A stretch of 64,000 nt of DNA from Octopus bimaculoides (Eukaryota): the NCBI RefSeq assembly GCF_001194135.2, contig NC_068984.1, positions 18,734,340 through 18,798,339 of the forward strand. Direction: 5' to 3'. Of the stretch, positions 36,404-50,329 are shown piece by piece. Within the stretch, counting starts at the first letter, position 1. Each line of letters opens with the position of its first letter. A model generated the notes under the pieces. That model made no database searches. It was not told where the DNA came from and saw nothing but the letters and a program-made list of their open reading frames with translations. Position numbers and translations under genes: made by a program.

Positions 36404-37455
36404 AATATATATATGCGTGTGTGTGTGTATGCATAAGTTATTTGTAACAGGAACCACAGATGGCCAATAGCAAAAGTTCTTTGAAAGCTTTATGCAGTAT
36501 AAAGGAAAACAATAGTGTTATGTATCCAATGGAAATAGTGAGTTCACAAACTATCTGTTGGAATCCTAACTTAAGGTGCAACAGCTGGACTGGAATAGCT
36601 ACCAACATGAGCAGGCATATGATATAAAAGTACATAAAGGGCTATTGAGTGACCGAGTGACAACTTGGTAAGACAGGTTTGGTTATTTAGCTGATATATA
36701 TGCCACACAGAAGGGGGTGGGGGAGGTCAATTGATAGCATTATGTCTAGGATCTGAGGATGAGAGGGAGATCTTGTGAAACTTCTAACTTCATTGGAAAC
36801 AAAATTCTCTCTTCTCAAAAGCCAAGTACAGACGGCGTAAGGCATTTCATAGAAGGGAGATGCATTTATGTTTGTCACTGCTATGATCATTGTTGTTTAC
36901 ATTGTTTTGTTAGCATTATTGTCATCATCATCATCATCATCCTCATCATCATTTTACATCTGTTTTTCATCATGGCACAGTTTAGACTATTAGACAGGCT
37001 CCAACAAACCAGAGGACCGTATCATCCTCCGATATCTCACTTTTGGCATGGCTTTTATGGCTGGATAACTTTCCTAAGTGCAACAACTTTACAGAGTGTA
37101 ATATGTGTTATTTTTCATGGCATCACCAGTATAGAGACCGCCATGAAGTCGACAAGACTAAAAACTGCTCTGAAACTTTGCGCTGTCTCTACTCAGTTCT
37201 TTATGAACCATTTGTAGAGTGTACTGTGTGCTTTTTGTGGCACCAGCATTGGTGGGGTTGTTTTGTAGTTTGCAAGACAAAAGACAGCAACTCCTCTCAC
37301 TGCATGCTGGATTGATTTAGTGTTGTGAGAGGATAGCAGTGGAGAGAATAACTGAAGGAACTGTATTTGGTGATGGGGGTAGTAATGGTTGTCAAATTTC
37401 GGTTGTGAAAGTAGAAACACTTAACAAGAATAAGTAGTGCTTTCCAGATATAGTA

Positions 37456-37486
<31 letters not shown>

Positions 37487-39033
37487 ACAATTTTAACTTG
37501 AAAGAATTATTGAGCACAAGCAAACTGATGGATGTGTGTGATGAATTTGTATAGATAACAATGAAGGAAAGATATGATGGTTTGGGTATGTTACACAAAT
37601 GTAGGGTTTCCATTATTTGGTCGCAGAGCTACCCATAGCAGGCATGTTAATTCTTCTAAAGTTCTCATTGATAAGGTACCACAATCCACAACCTGCCCAA
37701 ATCATGCCACTTTGAGAAATAACCTACTGACCATGATTGCAATCACATTCATTATGTCGATAGCAAAAACTGCCATTAGGTCACAACAACCAAAACCATG
37801 ACAGACACAACCATGACAACATCCACTTTGACAACCAAGACAACTATAACCATAATGGCCTTGGCAACCAGAATCAATGACACAAAATATGACCAAGACT
37901 ATAATGACTGTGGAGACTGAAATAAACGCTAAAATAAATTGTACTGGTTACTGCAATATTGATACTGGTGATGATGATGGCATATCTATGTCTAAGACGT
38001 ATTCATACATACATACATACATACATACATATGCATGTCTAGATATGCAACTATATGCATGAGAATACATACATACAACATACAAATCTGCACATACATA
38101 CATGCATGCATGCATACTTACATACATGCATATATACATACAAGCAAAAATACTCCATTGTTGATGTTGAAATTCTAATGAAGGAGCCTTGGATCTAAGT
38201 TAGAAGCTGGTTCTTTCTCTATTGGCAAGAGATCTTGAAGTATACTGAATAATGACATACATACATAATATATATATATATATATATANNNNNNNNNNNN
38301 NNNNNNNNNNNNNNNNNNNNNNNNNNNNNNNNNNNNNNNNNNNNNNNNNNNNNNNNNNNNNNNNNNNNNNNNNNNNNNNNNNNNNNNNNNNNNNNNNNNN
38401 NNNNNNNNNNNNNNNNNNNNNNNNNNNNNNNNNNNNNNNNNNNNNNNNNNNNNNNNNNNNNNNNNNNNNNNNNNNNNNNNNNNNNNNNNNNNNNNNNNNN
38501 NNNNNNNNNNNNNNNNNNNNNNNNNNNNNNNNNNNNNNNNNNNNNNNNNNNNNNNNNNNNNNNNNNNNNNNNNNNNNNNNNNNNNNNNNNNNNNNNNNNN
38601 NNNNNNNNNNNNNNNNNNNNNNNNNNNNNNNNNNNNNNNNNNNNNNNNNNNNNNNNNNNNNNNNNNNNNNNNNNNNNNNNNNNNNNNNNNNNNNNNNNNN
38701 NNNNNNNNNNNNNNNNNNNNNNNNNNNNNNNNNNNNNNNNNNNNNNNNNNNNNNNNNNNNNNNNNNNNNNNNNNNNNNNNNNNNNNNNNNNNNNNNNNNN
38801 NNNNNNNNNNNNNNNNNNNNNNNNNNNNNNNNNNNNNNNNNNNNNNNNNNNNNNNNNNNNNNNNNNNNNNNNNNNNNNNNNNNNNNNNNNNNNNNNNNNN
38901 NNNNNNNNNNNNNNNNNNNNNNNNNNNNNNNNNNNNNNNNNNNNNNNNNNNNNNNNNNNNNNNNNNNNNNNNNNNNNNNNNNNNNNNNNNNNNNNNNNNN
39001 NNNNNNNNNNNNNNNNNNNNNNNNNNNNNNNNN

Positions 39034-39345
39034 CTTTTCTCTCAAGATACTTACACTCTGACGGGTATTCACATTGACATTACACATCCAACGGAGCATA
39101 CTGGCTTCATTCCTTGTGAGCTTACGTATGTCCTCAGCAGTTACAGCCCATGTTTCACTGCCATGTAGCATGGCTGTTCGTACGCATGCGTCATACAGTC
39201 TGCTTTTTACTCTGAGTGAGAGTCCCTTTGTCGCCAGCAGGGGTAAGAGCTCTCTAAACTTTGCCCAGGCTATTCTTATTCTAGCAGCTACACTTTCAGC
39301 GCACCCACCCCCACTACTAACTTGGTCGCCCAGATAGCGGAAGCT
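39034..39345 (-). mobile_element. RTE-clade LINE fragment, RT C-terminal region with open frame (runs into N-gap)
   Basis: FRYLGDQVSSGGGCAESVAARIRIAWAKFRELLPLLATKGLSLRVKSRLYDACVRTAMLHGSETWAVTAEDIRKLTRNEASMLRWMCNV. Confidence 0.9.
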
Positions 39346-40480
39346 ATTATAAATTGGTCAGTTTTTCATAAGTCCCACAAAAGCACACTCTAAAAAATTT
39401 TTGGGAGCAGTAATATTTTATAAAGTTTTTGATTGTGGCTGATCACAAAATTACCATTGGTATATTATTGCTCTTAGTAATATAGGCAGCCCATGAGACC
39501 TGCTGGATGGAGGCACATAACCTCTTTACTAATGAGGTCAGAATACAGTCTTGGTCAGCAAGGTTGTGAAAAAGACATCTGAAATGAAATTCTTAGAAGT
39601 GGAAACCTCTTCTGGGCAAGATGGAGTTATTTCACTTTGAACAGTTCCAGTTGTGTCCAAAAAGGATCAGTTTATATACAATTTCTGTTCACTAGTCAGC
39701 AAGTGGGAAAGTCCATGTCTTCGACATGAATTTTTGCTCATGAGTGCACCAACTAAACATCTCACTTTTGGAGTTTAAAAAGGCCTCTGGATCAAGTGAA
39801 GTTTTTAGGATCCTTGTCCTCTTGGCTAAGCAAAGCTTGCATCATCTGCTCCCATTGAGGGGTTCCAGGCTATTCCAGAAGCTTCCATTTAATTCTGTAC
39901 GACATTCTCCTTTCTTTTAAATACCATATGTAGTTGGCCAGAGATGTAACATTGCACCTATCTGTTATGATGATACTATCATAATAATAATAATGATGAT
40001 GATTTCAAATTTTGGCACGAGGCCAGCAATTTCAGGGGTGGGTTAAGTTAATTACAATGTTTTTAGTGCTCAACTGGTAATTATCAATGCAGAAAGGATG
40101 AAAGGCAAAATTGACCTCAGCAGAATTTGAACTCAGAAGGTAGACAGATGAAATGCCACTAAGTTTTTTGCCCCATGTGCGAATGATTCCGTCAGCTCAC
40201 CACTTTAATAATAATAATAATCCTTTCTATTAAAGGTACAAGGCCTGAAATTTGGTGGGAGGAGACTAGTCAATTACACCAGCCCCAGTGTTTCACTGGT
40301 ACTTATTTTATCGATCCTGAAAGTATGAAAGGCAAAGTTGACTTTAATGGAATTTAAACTCAGAATGTAATGATGGGCGAAATACGGCTAAGCATTTTGT
40401 CCAGTGAGCTAACAATTCTAGCAGCTCACCGCTTTAATAATAATAATAATAATAATAATAATGATAATAATAATAATAAT

Positions 40481-40750
40481 AGTGTATGGAATGCAAGAGG
40501 ATAATGTAAAAGTGATACCAGTGGTTATCAGAGTGTTGAGCTCAATCCCATTGAAACGTCTTAAGGCAACTGGAAATCCCATGCAAGATTGATGTCTTGC
40601 AAAAAGCAGCCTTATTGGGCACAACGCACATCTTAAGGAAAGTATTATCTGTCTGAGGTCCTTGGTGTGACTTGACAGATGACTAAAGACTCCGGTGCAT
40701 TTTTACCTACACTGTGTTACAAAGGAACAACAACAACAATAATAATAATA
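40481..40750 (+). mobile_element. R4/Dong-like non-LTR 3' fragment between (AAT)n tracts
   Basis: VKVIPVVI...DVLQKAALLGTTHILRKVLSV*, the typical C-terminus of restriction-like-endonuclease ORFs. Confidence 0.75.
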
Positions 40751-41587
40751 ATACTGCTACCCTGATGCAGTATAAGGCAGTGGCTCTCATGACTTCTTAT
40801 CTTAACTGATTGGAAGTTTTATCACATACATGTTTTGTCTTGGTGTAAAAGATGGGCTACAGCAAATATTCTGCTCAATACCACAGATTTGCTTGTCAGT
40901 TGTTTGACCTTAAACAGTTTGACTTTAACCACCCTTGGTGGCTGATGATGTTTGCATCTTTGATCGTGAGCAGAAGTAGTTGGGGAGCTTCATAGCCATA
41001 TGCTGAGAGGAAATCTTTGGGGGTTTGAATAATTCACTTCTGGAAACATGGGTGTTTTGTTCAACATTCTTAAGTAACTCTTATTCAGGGACCTTTTGAG
41101 TAGGATTGGCTACTTGACCTGAAGAAAATTCTAAGTGGGCTCTTCCTGCAAGACCATGTACTGTTTATTTTGATATGAGATCATCATGTCATACACATAT
41201 GGTTGTGCTGCATGTGCCTGTTGTACCGTTATCAGATGGGTAGTCATGATGGGTATATTGGACTTCATATATTTGTACCCCAGTGTCATTTTGATGACAT
41301 GCGCTAGTCTCTCACTCAACAATACTGTTATTAACAATCCTTTCTAACAAAGGCACAAGGCCTGAAATTTGCAGGGAGGGGGTCTAATCGATTGCATTGA
41401 CCCTAGTACTTAGCTGGTAATTATTTTATCAATCTTGAAAGGATGAAAGGCAAAGTCGACCTAGGTGGAATTTGAACTCAGAACATAGCAATGAGTGAAA
41501 TACCACTAAGCATTCATCCAACATACTGATGATTCTGCCAGTGCACTGCCTAACTGCTATTATTTCTAATAAAAATAATGATATAAC

Positions 41588-41907
41588 TTTAAAAAAAACG
41601 ATAAATATCGCCCTTTCAAAGCGTAGCCAGGTTCATGGGCCTGGTTTCCCGGTTTCTATGGCGTATGTGTTCCCTCCAGCTGGACGGGACGCCAGTCCAT
41701 CGCAGCGTTACTCAAGAAACAGGAAGAAAGAGTGAGAGAAAGTTTGGGCGAAAGAGTACAACAGGGGTCGCCACCACCCCCTGCCGGAGCCTCGTGAAGC
41801 TTTAGGTGTTTTCGCTCAATAAACACACACAACACCTGGTCTGGGAATCGAAACCGCGATCCTCTGACCGTGAGTCCGCTGCCCTAACCACTGGGCCATT
41901 GCACCTC
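41588..41907 (-). mobile_element. SINE family A copy
   Basis: Highly similar to the 12123-12427 copy; TSD atataac on both sides. Confidence 0.85.
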
Positions 41908-42275
41908 ATATAACNNNNNNNNNNNNNNNNNNNNNNNNNNNNNNNNNNNNNNNNNNNNNNNNNNNNNNNNNNNNNNNNNNNNNNNNNNNNNNNNNNNNNN
42001 NNNNNNNNNNNNNNNNNNNNNNNNNNNNNNNNNNNNNNNNNNNNNNNNNNNNNNNNNNNNNNNNNNNNNNNNNNNNNNNNNNNNNNNNNNNNNNNNNNNN
42101 NNNNNNNNNNNNNNNNNNNNNNNNNNNNNNNNNNNNNNNNNNNNNNNNNNNNNNNNNNNNNNNNNNNNNNNNNNNNNNNNNNNNNNNNNNNNNNNNNNNN
42201 NNNNNNNNNNNNNNNNNNNNNNNNNNNNNNNNNNNNNNNNNNNNNNNNNNNNNNNNNNNNNNNNNNNNNNNNNNN

Positions 42276-42540
42276 NGCCTTAGGTATAATAAAAAAATAC
42301 TCAGACAAATACATAACAAAAATACCAGGACTTACAAATATATGTAACATACAGAAAATTGCACTACTGGGTACTGCACACATTCTACGCAAAACACTTT
42401 CAATACAGTAAACATAAAAGCACCACAGCAAACCACAGCACATACCCAAGGCGCACAGAGCTGCGCTCGGTAGTGAAGTGAAAGCACGTTATAAAAATAA
42501 AACTACTGAACAATAATAATAATAATAATAATAATAATAA
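42276..42540 (+). mobile_element. R4/Dong-like non-LTR 3' fragment, (AAT)n tail
   Basis: ALGIIKKYSDKYITKIPGLTNICNIQKIALLGTAHILRKTLSIQ*. Confidence 0.8.
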
Positions 42541-43139
42541 CCACAACAAAAATGGTATCAAATATAATTATCAAAATAACAATAATGGTTTCAAATTTTG
42601 ACACAAGGCCAGCAAGTTCAAGAGTGGGGTTAAGTTGATTACATTGACCCCAAAGTTCAACTGCTACTTATTTTATCGATCCCGAAAGGATGAAAGGCAA
42701 AGTTAACCTTTGCGGAATTTGAACTTAGAATGCAAAGACAGGTGAAATGCTTCTAAGCATTTTGCCTAGTGTGCTAATGGTTCTGCTAGCTTGCCACCTT
42801 CATCATAATGGTTTTGAATTTTGGCATATGGCCAGCAGGTTTGAGGGACAGGGCCAATCAATTACATTACCCCCAGTGCTCAACTGGCATTTATTTCATT
42901 GACCCTGAAAGGATGAAATCCAAAGTCAACCTTGGCGAAATTTGAACTCAGAATGTACAGATGGATGAAATGCTGCTAAGCATTTTGCTCTGGAATGCTA
43001 ACAATTCTGCCAGCATGCCACTTTTTTATAATGATATTATCAATATATATTACTATTGCTGTGCTGTTGCAGATGATGATGATGATGATCATGAAGAAGA
43101 GGGAAAGGAGGAGAAGAGAGGACAATAATGATAATATTG

Positions 43140-43725
43140 TATACAGTAACCCCTCACCATGTCATGATTCACCTATCGCGGTTCACCTGTTGCGGTTTAT
43201 TATTTAAGCTTATGTTGATTCTTCCATGGTGTTGTTTTGCATTTATATTGTTGTTGGCACTCCGTCGCTTACGACGTGCAAGTGGCTGAGCACTCCACAG
43301 ACACGTGTACCCTTAACGTAGTTCTCGGGGATATTCAGCGTGACACAGTGTGACAAGGCTGACCCTTTGAATTACAGGCACAACAGAAACAGGAAGTAAG
43401 AGTGAGAGAAAGTTGTGGTGGAAGAGTACAGAAGGGTTCACCACCAGCTCCTGCTGGAGCCTCGTGGAGCTTTAGGTGTTTTCGCTCAATAAACACTCAC
43501 AACGCCCGGTCTGGGAATCGAAACCGCGAACCTTTGACCGCGCGTCCACTGCCCTAACCACTGGGCCATTTCGCCATCACTGCATTTATAATAAATATAA
43601 CTATATACAAATTATAAAAATAATTAAAAAAAATATACAGTACAGTACTGTTTCTACTTCGCGGATTCTCACCTATCATGGGGGGTTTTGGAATGCAACA
43701 CCCATGATAGTCAAGGCATTAGTGT
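43140..43725. mobile_element. Degenerate Tigger/pogo-like MITE interrupted by a SINE
   Basis: tacagtaacccctc... left end with a degenerate matching right end ...aggcattagtgta; the SINE at 43248-43580 sits inside it. Confidence 0.45.
43248..43580 (-). mobile_element. SINE family B copy
   Basis: Reverse complement of the 21115 element with an internal deletion; TSD tgcatttata (43238-43247 / 43581-43590). Confidence 0.85.
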
Positions 43726-44029
43726 AATAGTTATTTCATTGTTACTAACATTCATAATTTTCTAAGCAAAAATTAAAGCCTTATTTAAGAACACTGGAAA
43801 GATAGAAGTGTAATATTTGTCTATTGAATTTTAAAAAAAAGTACTTTTAATTTTTTTTGATTCCCTAACCAGTTAACTAAATCCCCAGAATTATCCCTGT
43901 TGTTGTAAATCTATATGCACCTTAACAACAAGTATTATTCTACTAATATTGGCTTGTTAACCCTACCCTATGGATGTGAAAACTGGAAAGTGACAAAAAT
44001 GGAATAAAAAACAATGGACAGTGTTCAAT

Positions 44030-44400
44030 TCACATGCTTAGGGTAAGTACTTGACAAATGGCTGCAAAAAGTCTGAAATAACACAATTGAGTCGACGACA
44101 GGCATTAACAGGATTAGTAATGAGATGAGATGTAGATGCTTGAACCGGATCAGACATATCATCAGATAAAATCGGAAAAAACAATTGTATGGTTGCACTA
44201 AAATGGTAGAATGAGGTGAAAAGAGTAGCAGGGTGCCCTAAAACCACATGCTGAAAGATCATTCACAAGGAAGGGTGACAAGAAGGGTGGAGATGCTGGA
44301 ATGAGACTGGAACAGTGGCAGAAAACAGATCTGGTTGGAGAGATCATGTTGTGGCCTTATGTGCCTCATGGCACAGAGAGAACTAACTAACTGACTAAGC
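44030..44400 (+). mobile_element. Old RTE-type LINE 3' fragment (different family)
   Basis: Degraded W.GHI.R...CMVAL.W...GCPKTT...AENRSGWRDHVVALCASWHREN* followed by an (ACTA)n tail. Confidence 0.65.
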
Positions 44401-45062
44401 CTACATATATCAGTGTCTGAGTTCTACTGTCAAGTTTTAATTTGTAATTACAGACCTGTCTTCATGCTGATATCATGTTAGTCTGCTTATAATTCTTATT
44501 TAGTTCCTTTTTTATAGAAGTCAAGCATGTAATTCAGTCAACAGAGTAGATGTTTCTAGTTTTTAAATAAATTACTTGTCCAGTATTGAGGTTGATGGTA
44601 TTGATTAATGCCCTCTCATCAAACTTGCTGGCCTCGTGCCAAAATATGACACCATTAATTAGTGTTATTATTGTTTTCACTTGTCATTATAACTGGCATT
44701 TTTAGTCATTATGTTTAGTAATTTTCATTTATCATCATCATAATCATTACCATTAATATCATCATCATCACTAATGTCATCATCATTATTAATCTAAGGT
44801 TAAGTCTGTTACTTTTATTATCAATAATGGTAGAATTGTTATCATTAGTGTGCTGGGCATTTCATTCGTCTTCACATTCCGAGTTCAAATTCTGCTGAGG
44901 TCAACTTTGCCTTTCATCCTTCCAGGGTTGATAAATTAATTACCAGTTGAACACTGGGGTCAATGTAATCAATTAACCTCCTCCCCTCAAATTTCAGGCC
45001 TTGTGCCTATAGTGAAAAAGATTATTGTTATTGTTGTTGCTGTTGTTGTTGTTGTTGTTGTC

Positions 45063-45102
<40 letters not shown>

Positions 45103-45289
45103 TTGTTGTTGTTGTTGTTGTTGCAGTTGTTATTATTATTATTATTNNNNNNNNNNNNNNNNNNNNNNNNNNNNNNNNNNNNNNNNNNNNNNNNNNNNNN
45201 NNNNNNNNNNNNNNNNNNNNNNNNNNNNNNNNNNNNNNNNNNNNNNNNTGTTGTTGTTGTTGTTGTTGTTGTTGCAGTTGTTATTATTA

Positions 45290-45537
45290 TTATTATTTTA
45301 TGTTTGACTTTTGTTTTGCATTTGTACAAGTTGGATCCAAGTCTCACCCAGAGACCTCAAGAGACAACAAGTTAGAAGTTCATGTAGGTGTTATGCCTAG
45401 GGTACCATATATTTGGATTTGTACAGTTTTGTTCAAGTGAATGTTTAAGAAACCATAAGAAAATTATGTGTTTGCTTTAAAATTTGAGATCACATAGACA
45501 GTATTTTACGTAAGATATGGGCAGTTCCCATGAGCAC
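45290..45537 (-). mobile_element. R4/Dong-like non-LTR 3' fragment between (AAT)n tracts
   Basis: VLMGTAHILRKILSM* on the minus strand; AAT tracts on both sides. Confidence 0.75.
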
Positions 45538-45594
<57 letters not shown>

Positions 45595-46070
45595 ACATTT
45601 GATAGTTTCAGACAAATTTCTGCTACAACAGCTGCTACCCTCTGTGTTGCTGAGACGTGTGTAGCATTGTGCATTCTTTTTCTCATTTTTTCATTATTGG
45701 GGGAGTACAAACTCTTCCTGGTATTGTATTGCATCAGTTTGTTTTTAGCTTTGGGGTTTGGCTTGAGTCTTTCGTTCTATTAGTATTTGTATTGTGTGTT
45801 GTGTATGTAACACAAGTTGTGTTCTTCTGTTGGGTATCCAACCTGTAGAGTACATGTTGTGGATGTTGTTTATTTATTGGATATTTACAGTATAGCGTAT
45901 GTCTTGTGTTTGTGGATTGTTTTATTTGGGCTGTAGTTTTGGATTCATTGTGTCTTGTGTAGGATGTGGGCTGTTCATAGTTGGGCTATTTTTTGATAAT
46001 ATGTAGTCTTGATGGTTCATGTATGGCTTCTAAATTTTTGTTCATACATTTTTTATTATACCCAATACTT
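45595..46070 (-). mobile_element. Degraded R4/Dong-like fragment
   Basis: LGIIKK.MNKNLEAI...LH.IKK... similar to the 42276 copy; ends in (AAT)n. Confidence 0.5.
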
Positions 46071-46835
46071 CAATTATTACTGGTATTGTTTTGGCCTTCA
46101 TGTGCCGCATCTTGAATACTTCAATTTCAAAATCTGGCAGAATAGTTATTATGTGGGACAAAATACTAAGCAGCATTTTGTCCATCTATGTTCTGAATTT
46201 AAATTCTGCCAAAATCAACTCTGCCTTTTGTCCTTTTTAAGGTCAATGAAATATGTCCCAGTTGAGTACTGGGATCAGATGATACTGACTTAGCACCTCC
46301 CCCAAAATTGCTGGCTTTGTGCTGAAATTTGAAACCATTATTATTGTTATTATTTTCATTGATTCCTTTGCTCTGGTAGATTTTATAACAACACTATACC
46401 AAAATAGTGAGCCATATCAAATGGCCTACCATTTACTTTTGTGATTAATTGGTATTGAAACCCTGCCGCCAATTTTGTATTCTTCAGCTTATCATTATGT
46501 TATTGTTTGCTTAGCTTTTTTCTAGTTTTACTGTTTTTTTCTAATTTTGTTTAACATTTTTCTATGGTTTTCTGTACCTCCACTTCATCATCAGCATCAT
46601 ATAATGTCTGTTCTCCATGCTGGCATAAGTTGACAGTTTGACTGGGCTGCCACGCTGGAAGGCTGTGTCAGGCTCCAGTCTGATTTGGCATGGTTTTCTG
46701 TGGCTGGATGCCTTTCCTAACGCCAACCACTCCGAGAGTGTAATGGGTGCTTTTATGTGCCATTTGCGTGACACCGGTATCTGCCATGACAGATGGGTCT
46801 TCTTCTCAAGCACGACATAATGCCAGAGGTCATAG

Positions 46836-47710
46836 GCTTGAAACAAATGAAGCTGGTATGCTCCACTGGATGTGTAATGTCAGTGTGCATACACAACAGA
46901 GTGTAAGCACCCTAAGAGAAAAGTTGGCCATAAGAAGCATCAGATGTGGTGTGCAAGAGAGATGACAGCGCTGGTATGGTCATGTGCTGTGTATGGATGA
47001 GGAGAGCTGTATGAAGAAGTATCACACTCTAACTGTTGAGGGAACCTGTAGAAAAGGTAGACCCAGGAAGACATGGGATGAGGTGGTGAAGCATAACCTT
47101 CAAACGTTGGGCCTCACAGAGACAATGACAAGTGATCAAGACCTTTGGAGATATGTTGTGCTTGAGAAGACCTGGCAAACCAAGCAAGGTCATATCCATG
47201 GCTGATGCCAGTGTTGTAAAAGTACCCTTCAATCGTTGGGCAATATGCTGCACTTGAGAAGACCTGTTGAATTAAGTGAAATCGTTGTCATCACCAATGC
47301 CAGTGCTGCCTGACTGGCACCCATGCTGGTGGCACGTAAAAAGCACCATTCAAATGTAGCCAATGTCAGTCCCACCTGACTGGCTCCTGGTGCCAGTGGC
47401 ATGTAAAAGCACAATTCAAGCCTGGTGAATACCAGTGCCGCCTGACTGGCTCCTGTGCCAGTGACACGTAAAAGGCACAAGCATGGTCATTGCCAGTGTC
47501 GCCTGACTGGCTCCCATGCTGGTGGCACGTAAAAAGCACCCACTACACTCTCGGAGTGGTTGATCTTAGGAAGGGCATCCAACTGTAGAAACCTTGCCAG
47601 AACAGATTGGAGCCTGGTGCAGCCTCCTGGCTTGCCAGTCCTCAGTCAAACCGTCCAACTCATGCCATCATGGAAAGCAGATGTTAAACCATGATGATTA
47701 TGATGATGAC
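46836..47710 (+). mobile_element. Second 5'-truncated copy of the same RTE family
   Basis: NEAGMLHWMCNV, GTCRKGRPRKTWDEVVKH; same 3'UTR subrepeats and (GAT)n tail. Confidence 0.88.
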
Positions 47711-47733
47711 ATGCATATATATGTGTGCATGTG

Positions 47734-47805
<72 letters not shown>

Positions 47806-48304
47806 TGGAAATTGATGTGCTAGGTGAATGACAAAATTACTGTTTGGTTGTGGCTTTTAATAGTAATTATGCTAAATTGCATCTACTGCAAGATCCAACA
47901 GAATTCTATGTTGTCTGAACAGGGCTATAAACACTATACAAAGAGCACATCTATTATGACAAAACAACATGAAACATGAATTTTGTGTTTCTTTATTACA
48001 TCTGTTACATATGTTTCTGTGTTTGATAATTGATGATGTTATATTACAAATGCAATTTACAGAGAGCATTTTATCACACTGAACCTGACTCCAGACATGC
48101 TTAAAAAGATACCCTGTTTCAAGATATATTCTGACACTATCTAAAGTTTGCCGAATATGATTAAGTGCTCTCTATAAAAAGCATTTATAAATTGCATTTT
48201 TCATGATATCATCAGTTGTCCAACACAGACTCATATGTAAAAGACAGAATAAAAGAATACCAAATTCATGCTATATATATATATATATATATATATCATC
48301 ATCG

Positions 48305-48353
<49 letters not shown>

Positions 48354-49133
48354 TATCATCATTATCATCATCATTATTTAACGTCCGTTGTCCATGCCAG
48401 CATGGGTTGGACGGTTGACGGGGCTGGCACGCTGGAATGCTATACCAAACTCCGGTCTGATTTGGCATGGTTTTCTACAGCTGGATGCCCTTCCTAACAC
48501 CAACCACTCCAAGAGTGCAATGGGTGCTTTTATGTGCCACCGGCACAGGTGCATTTATGTAACACAAGGCTGCTTTTACATGTCACTGGCACAGGTGCTA
48601 ATTTACGTAACACCAGTATCTGCTGTGACTGCGATTTTGCTCAGCTTGATAGGTCTTCTTCTGAAGCATGCCATAATGCCAAAGTGCTCAGTCATAGCCT
48701 CCATGAGGCCTGTCAAACAATGAAAATGAGTGCTCAACACTGCATTGGTGGATATAATCTCTTTAATTGTGAATTAAGGCTACCATTGGTTTCATGTTAA
48801 GAGAAGTAGGAAAATATCCTAGTGTCTTAACAATTTTTCAAGCCAATCACATGGAGAAAGGTATTTGCCTCCATTTTGGAAAACATATATGATGGGCTTC
48901 TTTCAGTTCCCATATATCACATCCACTCACAAGGCTTTGGTCAACCTGGGGCTTTAGTAAAAGATACTTGCTCAGGATGCCATGCAGTGGGACTAAACCC
49001 AAAACCATTTGGTTGGGAAGTGAACTTCTTAATCATGCAGCCATACCTAAGTCTAGCTCTCAGTTTCTCTGTCTCAGTCTCTTTCACTCTGTCTCTGCAC
49101 TCCCTTCTCTCTCTCTCTCTCTCTCTCTCTATG

Positions 49134-49164
<31 letters not shown>

Positions 49165-49854
49165 CTCTCTGAGTGGTTGGCGTTAAGAAGGGCATCCAGC
49201 TGTAGAAACTCTGGCAAATTAGATTGGAGCCTGGTGTAGCCATCCGGTTGCACCAGTCCTCAGTCAAATCGTCCAACCCATGCTAGCATGGAAAGCGGAC
49301 GTTAAAGGATGATGATGATGATGATGNNNNNNNNNNNNNNNNNNNNNNNNNNNNNNNNNNNNNNNNNNNNNNNNNNNNNNNNNNNNNNNNNNNNNNNNNN
49401 NNNNNNNNNNNNNNNNNNNNNNNNNNNNNNNNNNNNNNNNNNNNNNNNNNNNNNNNNNNNNNNNNNNNNNNNNNNNNNNNNNNNNNNNNNNNNNNNNNNN
49501 NNNNNNNNNNNNNNNNNNNNNNNNNNNNNNNNNNNNNNNNNNNNNNNNNNNNNNNNNNNNNNNNNNNNNNNNNNNNNNNNNNNNNNNNNNNNNNNNNNNN
49601 NNNNNNNNNNNNNNNNNNNNNNNNNNNNNNNNNNNNNNNNNNNNNNNNNNNNNNNNNNNNNNNNNNNNNNNNNNNNNNNNNNNNNNNNNNNNNNNNNNNN
49701 NNNNNNNNNNNNNNNNNNNNNNNNNNNNNNNNNNNNNNNNNNNNNNNNNNNNNNNNNNNNNNNNNNNNNNNNNNNNNNNNNNNNNNNNNNNNNNNNNNNN
49801 NNNNNNNNNNNNNNNNNNNNNNNNNNNNNNNNNNNNNNNNNNNNNNNNNNNNNN

Positions 49855-49899
<45 letters not shown>

Positions 49900-50329
49900 A
49901 AAAGAAGTATGTGTACACACACACATATAAGGGGGCATGAATGTTTGTGTGTGTGTGCGTATGTGTGTATGTGTGTGTGTGTGTGTGTGTGTGCGTGTGG
50001 GTCAGTATATTTAATAAAATACCCAGTCTGACTTCACTTTTCAAGCTTGCTAAGAATCTTTCAAGTGTTTGTGATCAATTTAACTTAGTTGCCAAGTGAA
50101 GACCATTATTGTAATTGTTTATGAAGGTATTGGCATAATGTCTGGACCCAGCACATACTCCAATACCTCCCGGAGACTTACATACATGCATACACACACA
50201 CATACACACTACAAAGCATATATACTGTATAAACCACCAGACAAAGAAATAAACTAAAATATAAAGAAGCCACAAAAATTCAGCTTTAAACAGGAGTGAA
50301 GGTGTGTGTGATTGTATATGAATGTCTGT

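Noticed and set aside
36451-36625. Plus-strand short ORF MANSKSSLKALCSIKENN... after an acceptor-like cag
   Set aside because: Short, no recognisable homology, no linked exons.
38200-39171. Longest ORF-track entries (323 aa, 269 aa, 238 aa, 253 aa, etc.)
   Set aside because: Their length comes from N-gaps; the real residues are RTE LINE or microsatellite sequence.
44994-45440. Poly-Ala/Val/Cys/Asn/His/Ile-Tyr ORFs here and at 48203-48497, 51040-51654 and 58419-58690
   Set aside because: Translations of trinucleotide and dinucleotide microsatellites.
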